DNA of 64,000 nt from Tetramitus jugosus (lineage: Eukaryota > Protista > Heterolobosea). Where the stretch lies: contig OW569370.1 in NCBI GenBank assembly GCA_937625935.1, positions 248,001 through 312,000 of the forward strand. The letters run 5' to 3'. Made by a program: the position numbers and the translations under genes. Shown here one piece after another: positions 42,879-55,641 of the stretch (the stretch's first letter is position 1; every line of letters starts with the position of its first letter). A model generated the notes under the pieces. It did no database searches. It saw nothing but the letters and a program-made list of their open reading frames with translations, and was not told where the DNA came from.

Positions 42879-45255
42879 TTATTGGTATTGTCTGGGTATT
42901 ATTTGAGATTTGATGAATTCTCTTTGCACTTTGCCATTCTCCTTAATAACACGAGTCACAGTAATATTGAAGTTGGAGGCATCAGAAAGCAGAGTGATCT
43001 GTGTCCGCATGTCCACTGTTCTCTTGTCAGTTAGATCAACATCTGAGGGCATCCATTCCCAATCATATGAGTGCGCTTTACAATCACCAGTATAGACGTT
43101 GGGAGCACCAGACATGTCTTCAGGAGTTCCCAGAGCGAATATAAATAAGGTTCTGGCTTCAGCAACCCAGGAAGAAAGAGCAGGATTTTCAATGCTAGCG
43201 GTAAAATGTTCAGCTACGAAATTTGCAATGAGGTTGGACTTGATATTGCTGTACGTGTCCGATGTCCAAATGAGAGATCTGGTCGTGTTACTTTCACAAA
43301 CGGCATAGTTTCGTGGGCTTCTGCCGAAATCATAATCAAAGCCATCCTTACGTTGAAGTGACTTTGTGACAAAAGGATAGAAAGTCTGAGGAGGAACCTT
43401 GGTGAATGCAGGAGTATCTATCTTGAAAGAGGAACTCAATACTGGAAGAACAACTAAGGATTCCTTGTCGTTGGTCATCAGATATGTAGTCATCTTACCA
43501 GGGGTTGGCCAATATGTAGGCCATAGAGAGTTTGAAATAGCAATTCGAATCTTATTACCCACACCAAATTTCCAAGTAGTAAAGTGCAAGTCGAATTTTA
43601 GGGTCACATATTCATTAACTGGTAAAGACTCAGGGTTCGTTCTTCCTTCTCTAAATGCACCATTCATAGTACCCATGGTAACAAGAGAAACTTGCCCACT
43701 AGGGAAGACTTCCTCTAAACGAACGTTCCAACGAGCAAGCGCGAAATTCGCAGCTACTTTCAATGAAACAGAAGGATATCCAACGATTGAGATTGGCGCT
43801 GTAAGAGTTTCAGAATCGTACGTCAAAGACTTTTCGTCAAATACTTGCATATTCGGAGTGTAATCGCCCCACCATGATCCTGATCGAGCGCCAATGGTCG
43901 GATTGTAGACTAAAGAATCATTTTGTGCTGCAAGCGGTTCCAATTGAGCTGATAACTTGTGATGGGAGGATAGATAAAACTGCTTCTGGCTCGACGTAGA
44001 TGATTCCAAAGGCCATTGCATAAATGTCCATGTCCCAGGTATATTGTCATCTGTATCTGGCTCGTGAGAATCCCTCAAAAATATAGAGACATCTGGTTCG
44101 GATGTGATCTCAGAATCGCGATCTTTGAGCCATTTGTTAAACCATTTCACACCTTCTTCTCTACCATCAAAATTAGGACCTGGCTTGGCATACGAAGGCC
44201 ATTCGCGATTAAAAGGTCCCATCACCACCTTGACTTCAGGAACATAGTTCTTCAAGTGCTCATAGATGTGAAGAGCAGAATCAACATAAGAATCATATAG
44301 ACCACCAACCAAATAAACTGGAACTTGAATATTCTTCAAGTTTTCCTCGACTGAATTCGTGCTCCAGAAGGCGCCATCTAACTGATTTTCAAGATATTTA
44401 ATGAGCCATGGTTCTTGGGTGAATCGATTTGTGTAATATTCTTCGTCCAACAAGTAATTGGGCGACTGAGGCAATCCATGTTGATGAGCCATGTTCAATA
44501 CAGATGCTGTCGCATGGAAGGTGCCATCTGCATGATGTAAACTGTCCGAATAGATATCATACGGTGTGTGCAACACGAAAACGGCTTTCAAAGACGGTGG
44601 TCTCTTAGCGGCCAACAAGAGTGTGTTTTGTGACATGCCAATCAACACGATTTTTCCTGTAGACCAGTGTTTGCGGGCCAACAAGTGCATCACTTCCAAT
44701 CCATCTTCCAACTCTTGAGCAGATGAAATGCGATCTTGAAGTTTTCCTCCAGAACCTCCGGTACCTAGTTAACCGTCAACAACAGCAACAAAATATCATG
44801 ATTGATTATGAATGAATCAGTCTGATGATGTCAAGCACAACAAACAAATAAAAAACCATCTTACCTCTCACATCAACTTTTGCAACAGCATAACCACTCG
44901 ATGCCATCGCAGCAAAGTACCTATAATCCGATATATACGTAAAATCATCTTTTCTACCAATTGAGTAATCCAACAAGATTGAAAATTTTTCATTGACTCT
45001 TCTCTGAACAGGGATGGCAAGAGAAACAGACAATTGTGCACCATCCTTCATGATCAACGTGTCCTGCGACAGATTAAACTCATAAATATGAGTTCTCCAA
45101 CGAACAATGGCCAAGTTGACAAAGATGGCAGCTCCAATGAGACCCAAAGTGAAAAAAACAACAATGAGCAAATGTTTGGTTGGTTTTAGCTTTTCTAATG
45201 ATTCTTTGAAAGTGGTTTGATTGTCGTCATTGGTAGTAGACTCAGCGAACATCAT
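42879..45255 (-). CDS. CocE/NonD (peptidase S15) family alpha/beta hydrolase with N-terminal membrane anchor, probably catalytically degenerate
   Basis: TM segment, then MKDGAQLS, RKDD, GYAVAKVDVRG|TGGSGG (intron 44765-44864), GMS nucleophile elbow, VGGLYDSY and a PepX-C-like C-terminal domain. Confidence 0.85.
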
Positions 45256-45642
45256 CCTTGGCTACTACAGATTGGTGAGCTTTTGGTGTGATTCAAAAGC
45301 TTTTCCTTGTTAAAGTTTCGTTGGTTTTTGTTTTTTGTTGTTTGTGTGTTCTGCACGTGTTTTCTCCTTGTTGGTGTGAAGTGTTGATTCGGCGACAGAT
45401 ATCAAAAGACGCGACAAATTAGATTCTCCTCATAACAGATTTATGTGGTGTCTCTCTGCTCAGCAAGCACTTGATGTCTTCCGATGTCATGTCCGTGCTG
45501 CCAAACATTGCGTCTCGAGGATAGATAGTGAAGCTCTCACTGGAATCTCAACACATGAGTTCAAACGAGACCTCAACATGTTCTGATCATCGCGACTATC
45601 GACAAACAGTGAAAAACTTTCACAACAAAAAGGAGGAATAAG

Positions 45643-46530
45643 ATGAATCAAGAACGAGTGGAGATCCTGAACAAGAACAACGAAAAGTTGGTTGGATATC
45701 TAGAATTCTCTTGTACTCCACCATCCAACTCCAACCATAATCAATCAGAGAGGAATCCTCTTGAGCTCGTCATTCTGTGTCATGGCCTATTAGGAAGCAT
45801 GAACAACTTGTGTTATCCCACGATGGCCAAAGAACTGTGTGAAATGCCATCGTGTCATGTTTTTAGATTTGACTTTTCTGGTGAAGGTCCATTGAGTCAA
45901 GGTGCGTTCGAGTATGGAAATTATGTGAAACAGGTGCATGATTTACATTCGGTCATTTCGTACTGGAAACAACATGAAAACAAGTATCGTATAAGGGCTA
46001 TTGTGGGACATTCAAAGGGTTCAAACGTAGTGCTCATGTATCATGACTTGTACTCTGATCCAGTGGATGCTGTGCCTCTTGTTGTGGCGGTCAGTGGTCG
46101 CTTCGATCTTTCAAAGTCTCCAGCGACTCGTTTCACGAAACGAGAACAACAACTTTTGAAAGAAGAGGGCAAATTTCTGTGGAAAAAGAAGTCGTGGTTC
46201 TTTGAGAATCGAACTGTTGTTAGAGCATGCTGGGTCACACAGCATGACATGGAACTGAGATCGCGCATACACATGGAAACGATTCTGAAGCACCAGGCAA
46301 CCAATGCGTCCAACAAAACAAAGTATATCGTGGTTCATGGCACGAACGACTCTGTGATACCTGTTGAGGATGCAAGTGAGATTCAGAATTGTTTTACAAA
46401 GGACAAATGTCAACTTATCGTCGTGCCAGAAGCTGATCATAGCTACACGCAACACACGAGCGAACTGAAGCACATTTTGAAAAGTGTTTTGCTCCACCAC
46501 CAATACGATGGTATGCAAAGCAAGCTCTAA
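45643..46530 (+). CDS. Alpha/beta hydrolase
   Basis: VILCHG, FRFDFSGEG, GHSKG, VHGTNDSVIP and ADHSY; the catalytic triad is intact. Confidence 0.9.
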   Translation: MNQERVEILNKNNEKLVGYLEFSCTPPSNSNHNQSERNPLELVILCHGLLGSMNNLCYPTMAKELCEMPSCHVFRFDFSGEGPLSQGAFEYGNYVKQVHDLHSVISYWKQHENKYRIRAIVGHSKGSNVVLMYHDLYSDPVDAVPLVVAVSGRFDLSKSPATRFTKREQQLLKEEGKFLWKKKSWFFENRTVVRACWVTQHDMELRSRIHMETILKHQATNASNKTKYIVVHGTNDSVIPVEDASEIQNCFTKDKCQLIVVPEADHSYTQHTSELKHILKSVLLHHQYDGMQSKL

Positions 46531-46661
46531 CATCATCATCACTCATTATAATTCTACCATAAAGCCAAATCTATTCCCCATACGGACAATCTCTGTCCGC
46601 ATCATTTACTTCAACTTCCGGCTTTGCAAAATCTTCGTAAAACAGAACACAGAAAAACGAA

Positions 46662-47600
46662 ATGACTGCCGCAACAACAAAGCAACAACAATTGACCATT
46701 AACAATATGAATCCATGTGAAATTGCAGCAACTGACATGAGATGCTGGGTCACTTGCTCCTTTGCCAACCAAGAAAACGAAAAGGATCAAAATCGCTTCA
46801 AAACCCAATGGTTTGAATCGTCCAATGAACAAGTGTTGCCACTCATGGTTATTCGATCGAATCAAGTGCAGAATCCGTGGGTCAACTATATGTTGGTTCA
46901 TCCTTGTCAATCATATGAGAATGAGGACACTGTTGCCATGTTGTTGACTGAGATTGATCGACTTGTGGCAGATTTCTTCAATGGTTGTAGTTTCAGTGTG
47001 ATCGTGACGAGATCGATTGATGATGGTGCTGCGAATGCAAATGGAAAGAATCAATTTATTGTTGAAGCGATGAAGCGATATAAATTGAGCCAGTGGGACA
47101 GTGTGACAATGGTGCTACCAGCTGACAGGATAAAGAACATGGACTTGGAAAGAGATCTTGAGACATTGCCACAGGACGTGGCAAAAATTGTTCAAGTCAA
47201 AGATTTGGAGACTCTCAAGGCATATACGACTTGTTTCATGAGTTGTTGGGGTTCTACCGTGAATGAAGAAGTGATGAACTTTTACTCTTCTTCGGATACC
47301 TCGAATCCCAACCTTTACCGTATTGCTGCTATGAGTCAAAACAATGAAGTCATGGGTACAGGTGCTCTCATTGTCAATCCTGAAACTGGCTCGTCCTTCT
47401 TTAATGATATTACAGTGCCAGCCATTCATAGAAATAAGGGCATTGGCTCATATATCACTAAAATGCTGATTAGAGAATCTCTGAGAAGAAATGCTCAACG
47501 CTGCACACTCAATGCCTCTGATATGGGAGCACTCATTTACGAGAGAATGGGATTTGAGAGAGTGGGAACATTACTTTATCTCCACAAGGATGAACATTAA
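46662..47600 (+). CDS. GNAT-family N-acetyltransferase
   Basis: ITVPAIHRNKGIGSYIT...LNASDMGALIYERMGF. Confidence 0.88.
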   Translation: MTAATTKQQQLTINNMNPCEIAATDMRCWVTCSFANQENEKDQNRFKTQWFESSNEQVLPLMVIRSNQVQNPWVNYMLVHPCQSYENEDTVAMLLTEIDRLVADFFNGCSFSVIVTRSIDDGAANANGKNQFIVEAMKRYKLSQWDSVTMVLPADRIKNMDLERDLETLPQDVAKIVQVKDLETLKAYTTCFMSCWGSTVNEEVMNFYSSSDTSNPNLYRIAAMSQNNEVMGTGALIVNPETGSSFFNDITVPAIHRNKGIGSYITKMLIRESLRRNAQRCTLNASDMGALIYERMGFERVGTLLYLHKDEH

Positions 47601-47875
47601 TATATTTCATTCCCATGGTTTAAACCCTTGATTATTCTGAACCTTTTTGGTTTTGGTAAAGGTATGGATCAATGATATCCGGAGTTTAGGGAAATGCCTT
47701 CGCGGTCGTCCGCATGCAATCATCAAGGCTACAGTCAATATTACCCTTGTTGGCTGCCAAATCAAACCTAAATTTTGCTCTTCAAACAAAAAAGGTCCGC
47801 AACAAGGGTAAAACTTCAATTTGTCCTCAGAAAGAAAGAAAACACCTTGGAAAAACCAGAAAATCAACAAGCAGC

Positions 47876-49826
47876 ATGAACACAAACAACAATGGTCTGC
47901 AGAGTGTACTTCAAAGATATTTGAGGGCCCTATTACTTGACTCTAATCGATCTGACGAAGACGATGATCAAGATGATTTCATGGAAGACGATGCTGACGA
48001 TGCTAATGATGATAGTGACGAAGTGAGTGATACCGAACAAGTTGCAGCAAACAGAAGACCAAAAACCTTCAATGACTACATTAATGAAAGAAAACAAAAT
48101 TTGAATCAGAGTGATCTGGCAAGTGAAATACGAAAATCGTGTCTGATGAACGGCGTGGATCAACACTCTCCGGAACAAGCTCGTTTTCATCCTGTGGCCA
48201 ACATGAATCACAAATCGTTCAACATGTTGGCTCAATTAAACGAACGTAGATATAGACATCATTGTTTACTACCGACGGAGAAGACTGCAATTACTTCGGT
48301 GCTAGTGCCGAATGAGATTGAAGGTATTGTGTATCGTGCGCAGAGTCAAATGTTTTGTGGTCAATTCAGTGCTAGTGGAGATATTTTCATGTCAGCATGT
48401 CAAGGTATGAAAAATAAGCTTGAGATCAGGTTGTTGTAATGGTTATGTTAAGGAAAAGTAACACTAAACATGTGTTTCATTTTTGTTATTTGATTGTGTT
48501 ATTTGATTATGATTGTGATTGTTTCTGGTAGATCATACAATCCGGTTATTTGACTTTGATCACATTCAGCACTGTAGTTCGATAGGGAAACAAGCAAAGC
48601 CATTTAAAACGATACACGCTCGAGACATTGGTTGGAGCGTCCTCGATGTAGATTACTCCCCAGATTCGAAATTTATCATTTATAGTTCTTGGTCACAATT
48701 TGTGCATCTGGCTGCAGTGGATACAGTGTCTGATTATCATGAAGGATTGGACTTGGATCCTCCAGAGGGCAGATTCTGTGCCTTCTCAGTCAAGTTTTCT
48801 CCCGACAGTCGCGAGATTGTTGCTGGTGCCAACGATTGTTGTCTGTATTTGTATGATTTAGAAACAAAGAGACGAACAATATCTGTTTCTGCACACGACA
48901 ATGATATCAATACAGTGTGCTTTGGTGATGAGTCTGGCAATTTAATCTTTTCTGGTAGTGATGATGGATATTGTAAGGCTTGGGATAGAAGATTAATGTC
49001 AAATGGTGGACATGTGGACCCAGTTGGTGTGTTCGTGGGTCACTCGGCTGGTATCACGTGTGTCTCTCCCAAAGGCGACGGTCGCTATATGATTTCAAAT
49101 TCCAAGGATCAGTCATTGAAGTTGTGGGACATGAGAATGCTTCGAGATTATGGTGGAAATGTACCACACATCTCCAATCGATCTGATAGCTGGGACTATC
49201 GATTCGATCTCATGGCCAGAGTGAAACACAGAGCATCGCCTCACGATACATCGCTCATGACATACACCGGACATCAAGTTGTACAGACCTTGATCCGATG
49301 TTATTTCAGCCCGAGAGAAACAACAGGACAGAGATACATTTATACTGGATCGTACGACCAAAAGGTTTACATTTATGATCTGTTAACAGGAGAAATTGTA
49401 CAGACGTTGAAGGGTCATAGGAGTATTGTACGAGATGTTTCTTGGCACCCAAGATCATCCGATATTATATCTAGTTCCTGGGATGGCCTTGCACTTCATT
49501 GGAACTATTCGACCTCGGACTTGTCGCAGGAGAGTGATGAAACGAGGAGCGAAATACACCGCATTGATGACGGATCAAGTGATGAAGATTATGAAGAAGA
49601 CGAAGATGATAATGAAGATTTAGACGATGGTCTAAATGTGATGCGCTTTGTGGGCTCGAATGGAGAATCATACACATTCCAGATTGGAATATCAGATCTT
49701 GAAGACGCAGAGTACGAAGAGGTCGAAGAAGACGACGATGACGATGATGACGACATGGATCCCCGTGATGTATTTATTTTCGATGACGATGACGATGACG
49801 ATGAAGACTTCGACAATGAAGACTAA
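47876..49826 (+). CDS. DCAF11: DCAF11/WDR23 (CRL4 substrate receptor)
   Basis: FCGQFSASGDIFMSACQ|D (intron 48405-48531), GWSVLD, IIYSSWS, SGSDDGYCKAWDRR, SNSKDQSLKLWDMR, WDYR and GHQVVQTLIRCYFSP...TGQRYIYTGS. Confidence 0.93.
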
Positions 49827-49919
49827 CTCATTTCAATAAATGATCGAATTTCGTAGTTCACTTGACGGAGTTGACAACTGGCGGTGTTTTTTTCATGATC
49901 GATCAAACAAAAAATAAAG

Positions 49920-50266
49920 ATGGTGTATGTTCCTCACGTTCATCTCTATTCAGATAATTTGACACCGAGCTCAATAGACAAGAAAGCAAAAGCAAATGGA
50001 TCAGAGTATTGGGCCCCTCAATTTGTAAGTTTTATTGAATGAACAATTGTTTATTGTGATTTTTGAAAGCTAATTGAACAACATAACAATAGCTTTATCC
50101 AAATGGTTGGACCATGACATCAAACAAGCGTGCCTTGTTGATCAAAGGAAACAGAAAGAGTCGATTTCCAATTGTAGTCCTTTGGGAACGCAATCCAAAC
50201 CGTTTCTTCTTCTACTTGGCTTTAGTTGTCTTATTGGCTTGGGCATTGATTTACATACGGGTATAG
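49920..50266 (+). CDS. Predicted 92-aa tail-anchored membrane microprotein (not in ORF track)
   Basis: ATG 49920 follows an A-rich leader. Phase-0 intron 50025-50092 (GTAAGT...GCTAAT...TAG) joins two open frames, ending RFFFYLALVVLLAWALIYIRV*. Confidence 0.7.
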
Positions 50267-50694
50267 GAAGAATTAAGAAATGACATAAGTGAGAGAGGTC
50301 TCTTGTTTATCAAGGCTGAACGATCATCACTCCCTTATTCAAGGAGATTATTGCAGCACTTCAAGAGCTTTCATGAAATTGAACAATTCAATTTTGCACA
50401 GGAAATGCGAAAAAAAGGCGGCAAGCCATTTTCCATGTCACAATCATTTTCTCGCGTTTTGGCGATCAAAAAACAAAAAAAATCAACCACACCCACACAC
50501 AAAAAGACCACCTTCTGGAGATCAAATTTCCCCATCATCGCGATCGTTGTGCGTGCCAAATACAATAAACACATTTTTTAAAGCTTGCACAAGTACTTTG
50601 TCGCCCCAACCCAACAACAACAATATAGCTTTAAAAAACTACCACAACAATCAACAAACAACCAACAACATACATATACATAAAAAAAAGAAAA

Positions 50695-53600
50695 ATGGAT
50701 GACTTTGAAAAGGCAATCCTGTGCCTCATCAACCCAACACTTGTCGATGAAAACACTAAACAATCCGCTCAAAACTACCTCCAAATGGTCACACAAGACA
50801 CAAATCGCACATGGAGACTGTGTCTGGAAAGAATTGTCAAGAACACTTCGAGAACAGAAGTGCTCTTTTGGTGCTTTCAAACATTGACCAACATTTTTTC
50901 CAATGCACAATTATTTGAACAGTTGGATGCTCAGAGTGTAGTGACACTCCAGCAGACATTGATGCTCTATATTCGTGAAGTGATTGCCAAGGATGCCAAT
51001 TTGGCCAACTATGTCAAAAACAAGTTTTGTGAGTGCTTGGTCGCACTGTTCAGAGTAACTTATTTGACTCAATGGAACGATTTTTGGCCTTCGTTGTTTC
51101 AATTGTTGGCCACTTCTGGTAGTGGACAAGACGGTGAGAGAGTCGTGGACATTTATTTGAGAATTTTGGATGAGATTGATGAGAAGATTGTGTCGAGATT
51201 GGTTGAGAGAAGTGCGTCCTATCATTTGCACAATGTTGCCATTGTATGTTGTTCTTACTTTTGCTTGTTTGTTTTAAGACAGCACATGCTTAACCAGTCG
51301 ATATCATACTTGTGTGTGTCTATTGTTGTTTGATCGATTTGATCTTGTAGAAGGACAAAATGAGAGAGGATTGCATGACCAATGTTGTCAATACGTGGTA
51401 CACGATTTTGGCATCACGTCACCGAACACTCACAAAGGCTTGTTTGAGCACGATGAAGAATTATATCGATTGGATTGATATTAATCTTATTATTGGTGAG
51501 AATTTTATGAAAATGATTTTTAGTTATGTGACTACTGCTGATTTTAGGGAAGAAGCATGCGATTGCTTGAGCGTGGTATGTGTACACATGCATTGATTGA
51601 GATGATGACTATTGTTTTTATTCTTTATTCACACACCATTAATGTTTGTGTATGTTCGTGCACTTTAGATTGTGAACAAGGGTATGCAACCGTTGGACAA
51701 GTTGAATATATTGGTGGGACTACAGTTGCCTTCAATTCAAAATATGACCATCAACAGTGAGCTGGAAGAGACATTTGCCGCCAAAATCTCTCAATTGAGC
51801 AACGCAATCGGAATGCAATTGTTGGACTGTTGGGATCAATTGGCAACTTCTCATCAGGAAGCCGCAATGAAAGCATACAACACTCTACAAGGATTCCTAC
51901 CATTTATCTTCAAACTATTTGCCGACCAAGATGATCAAACATCATCCAATGTTGTCGAATTTATGAATGCATATATTGCCCAGTTGAAGAAGAAGCAAAG
52001 AACAGCACCATTGACCGATCCTGAACTGGCAGAGATTCAAACCATGATCCAAGTGATCAGACAAAAGGCGAGATACACGGAAGATTATATTTTTGAGCCG
52101 CTGAGACAAGACGAATACGAAGCAAGTTTCCTAGAGTACAGGCGGGTAAGTAATAGTTTGATTGTAGTATTATTTTTTCGTTTTGCGGTTCAAATTGAAT
52201 AACACGAATACTCGATTGTGTAGGAATTGTTTGTTGTGGCCAAAAACGCAACTAGGATCGCACCAATGGTTGTGAAACGTGTGATTGAAGGAGACTTGCT
52301 CCAAGTACTGAACGCCTACCGAACAAACAGTGGCTCAGTTGCATTCTCTGATTTGGAAATTATTCTCACTCTATTTTATCAGTTGGGAGAGATTTTCCCA
52401 AAGGAGGCGACTGATCCTGCTCTCGACAATGGATATTTCCAAAAATTGCTTGCCGAGATTGTTTCTAGTGGTGTTTCATTCTATCCGCATGAAAGTGTAC
52501 AGATTTCTTATTTCGAACTTGTTGGAAGATATGCTAATTTATTGACAGTGCAACAACAATTGATCATTCCTGTGCTCGAATCATTTATTGATCAACGTGG
52601 TATGAGAAACCCTAATGGAACAGTGCACAGTAGAGCAACCTTTTTATTTTCTCGATTGGTGCAAACGTTGCAACCACATTTGCATGGATACGTGGAGAAA
52701 TTGTTTGGATTTTTGAGAGATTTCCTAAAGGTTGGCATCAATGAACCAGATTCCCTGGGTGACAATAAGCTCTTTTTGTATGAAGCACTGGGATCGATTC
52801 TGTCTCACGAAAAAGTTGCACCTCAAACGAGAGCCGCAATTCTAGAACAACTTTTGCAACCAATTATTCCTCAGATGGAAGAAATTATTAGTAAGCAACT
52901 ATTCAGAAACGACACGGCAGAAAAACCAATCTTCTCTAAATTATTAGCCGAACAAATCGAAGTTATTGGCAACTTGTGCAAGGGATTGTCTTCTCATAAG
53001 ACTCCCTTCCAAGAAACAAAAGATATATTTAAGCGAGTGTTGATTATTGTGTTGAATGCTTCGAAGAGTATGCCAGACAATCCAATTGTCTCCAAGAAGA
53101 TTATTTTCTATCTCCATGTTATGATTGGAGTGCTTGGAGATGATGTCAACGAAGTATTCCCTGCAATTCTTTCTCATTTATTCTCTGCTGCTCATGACAT
53201 TAGTGGCATGAAAGATATTTTAGTGCTTTTCAATCAGCTTGTAACGAAAAAGCAAGGAGCAGTGTTCAATCTTGCAAATGAAATGTTCCTGCCAATAATT
53301 GGCAAAATATTCTCAATGATCGACAATGCTGCCTACGATCAAGCATCTGTTAGTGAGGATGTCCGTATGAAGATTGACTTGCACAAAATGTATTTCACAA
53401 CAATCTATACCTTGCTGACGAACAATCTGGGCAATGTGTTGACTAGTCCTCAAAACAATTCTCAGTTTGAACAAGTTCTTGAAACAATTGTCAAGGGATG
53501 TGAACACACCAACCCTCACATTATTCGTGTTTGTTTTAACTCTCTGCAACAAGCGATCAAAATTTGGGGAGGAAATCTGCACGGTTTTGAGAACTTTGTT

Positions 53601-53930
53601 TTCAATCGAATCACTCCAGTTTGTTTTAGTGTTCCGTTGGCTCAGCACTTTGAATTGTCTGATGGAAACTTCTCCAACTTGTTGGGTGAGGTGATTTCTG
53701 TCTTGAGACTTGCAATGATCGCCTACAAGGCAGAATATGCTGCCTATCTTGTCACTAGATTCTTGCCTGGTGCGTTCAACATTAGCCCTCAAGAGGCCAA
53801 CGAAATAGTGACTCAACTACAATCTGGCAATGCTGCTGCACACATCAACTCAAGCGATAACAAGGAAGTGAAGAAGTTCTTCAGACTATTCTTTGCGGGC
53901 AAGAAGGCAATTATGAATGCAAACAAGTAA
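50695..53930 (+). CDS. XPOT: Exportin-T (tRNA exportin)
   Basis: MDDFEKAIL, YVKNK...YLTQWNDFW, IKDKMRE, IDWIDINLI, KGMQPLDK and FIDQRGMRNP. Introns 51244-51350, 51576-51668 and 52146-52223. Confidence 0.88.
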
Positions 53931-53972
53931 TAAACGCAATCCGGATAACATTGTTAGGCACAAATCATTCAT

Positions 53973-55457
53973 TTATTCGAGAGGAGTCGCTTTCGCAATT
54001 ATCACATACTCTTCTTCTTCCTCAATGATAGGTGATGAAGGAGTTCTTTGCTTCTTATTGTTGTCATTCTTTTCCTTTATGGTCAAAGCTGTTCTCTTTG
54101 CCGAGTTCGTCGCAACCTTTCGGGCAAGGGCTGTGAACTTCAATCCCGCTGTATTATTTACAGTTTCTACACAGTTGTTCACTGTGAGAATGGCGTCCTT
54201 CGATATCTGGGCGGCATCAGGACCATACGAGTAATCCATGGTATCATGAGCTGCATCTGCCAAATCAGTCAGCACCTTGTTTCTCGATTCGGATAGTGCG
54301 TTCAGCACGCAACCTACACCACTAACAGTTGCAGTGGCCACCTCCTTTGTAGCATCGAACCAGCTCTGTTCTTCAACACCATCACTGTTCACATTGCTAC
54401 TGTCACTACCACTCACCACACCAGATACTACATTTACAGTTGTTGTGACCACGGGCACAACGGCATTTGACACGAGATAGGATGCTCCATTGACCAATCC
54501 TCCAACAATTGCGCCAGTCACCATAGCTGTGGCCCCAGTTGTGACTCTACCAGCCCAGAACGTTCCTCTGACAATAGCAGGAACTGCAACATCGGATCGA
54601 GCTTCTTCCGATACCCAATTCTCACGTACGTATGCACCTCCATAGTGAAATCCATCTCCGAGCATCGAAGCACCATACAGTACATTTGTTGCGATACATG
54701 TCGATGCGTAATCGATTCCATTGGCAACAACATTACTGTCACTGTATGTTGTTGTTTCCATTGTTTCTTGTGATTGTGTTTGATTCATCATCACTTCATC
54801 ATTGTTATCATTGTTGCCCACAACAAAAGTTTGTTCCTCTTTGCTCTCTTCTGCTTCTACCGGCGTTTCTTCTTGTTGTTTTTCTTGCTCCTTTGTTTGT
54901 TCTGTCAGCTGTGCTTCCTCCTTCTTTTCAGAGGGACTTTCCTGAGCAATATTCTTACTTGTATTTACACTGGACTTCTCTCCTGTCGAGGTAGTTTTAT
55001 CCGTTAGTACATGACTCGTTGCCGTATAGTTTACAACTCTTAATTTAACCGAGTGTTGCGCACAGAGTGATTCAAATTGGTACATGAGTTGTTTGGAGTC
55101 AAAGAATGCATGATTCCAAATGGTGTCCATGAACCGAATATCCACAAACTGGTTCGGTAACACGAGTGTGTACTCTACAGTGTTATCATTGTTGCTATTC
55201 TTGTTGTTGTTTCTCTTGATGACAATCAATGAATGATTGAACTGGAAGGTCCGAACGACAGATGAGGATGATTCATCAGTGAGAGTCAATTCCAACTGAT
55301 GATCTTGTTCAGGATGGGAAGATGACGGAGCGGAGATTTCAAGGCGGCAATTTGGATAGTTTACAATGGGCGGACTCTTGTCGGAATTATTGTTGTTCTT
55401 GGCAGTCAAATTCTTGATGGTGCAGTGAACACCTGGGAATTGAATAGTTGTTATCAT
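53973..55457 (-). CDS. Senescence (spartin/ERD7-like) domain protein
   Basis: C-terminal amphipathic Gly/Ala/Val-rich domain (IATNVLYGASMLGDG...VLNALSESRNKVL...DYSYGPDA). Confidence 0.7.
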   Translation of the reverse strand: MITTIQFPGVHCTIKNLTAKNNNNSDKSPPIVNYPNCRLEISAPSSSHPEQDHQLELTLTDESSSSVVRTFQFNHSLIVIKRNNNKNSNNDNTVEYTLVLPNQFVDIRFMDTIWNHAFFDSKQLMYQFESLCAQHSVKLRVVNYTATSHVLTDKTTSTGEKSSVNTSKNIAQESPSEKKEEAQLTEQTKEQEKQQEETPVEAEESKEEQTFVVGNNDNNDEVMMNQTQSQETMETTTYSDSNVVANGIDYASTCIATNVLYGASMLGDGFHYGGAYVRENWVSEEARSDVAVPAIVRGTFWAGRVTTGATAMVTGAIVGGLVNGASYLVSNAVVPVVTTTVNVVSGVVSGSDSSNVNSDGVEEQSWFDATKEVATATVSGVGCVLNALSESRNKVLTDLADAAHDTMDYSYGPDAAQISKDAILTVNNCVETVNNTAGLKFTALARKVATNSAKRTALTIKEKNDNNKKQRTPSSPIIEEEEEYVIIAKATPLE

Positions 55458-55641
55458 TGGTACTTTGGTGCTTTGCGATCTTTTGTTTGGTTTTTTTGTT
55501 CTTTTGATAATATCGGTGTTCCTTTGTTTGAACTTTCTCTTTTATTTCAGGCAAAAATAACGGAGATTCGAAAAGGAAGAAGAAAATAGTTCGGAAGAAG
55601 AGACGTTGCCTGGCGCATGAATCTGCTGGATGTTCGCTCAT

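Noticed and set aside
1-53930. Functional cluster of GCN2, IMPACT, exportin-T, tRNA-Glu and mitochondrial ProRS
   Set aside because: They are spread over more than 50 kb among about 30 unrelated genes; co-location is plausibly chance without synteny data.
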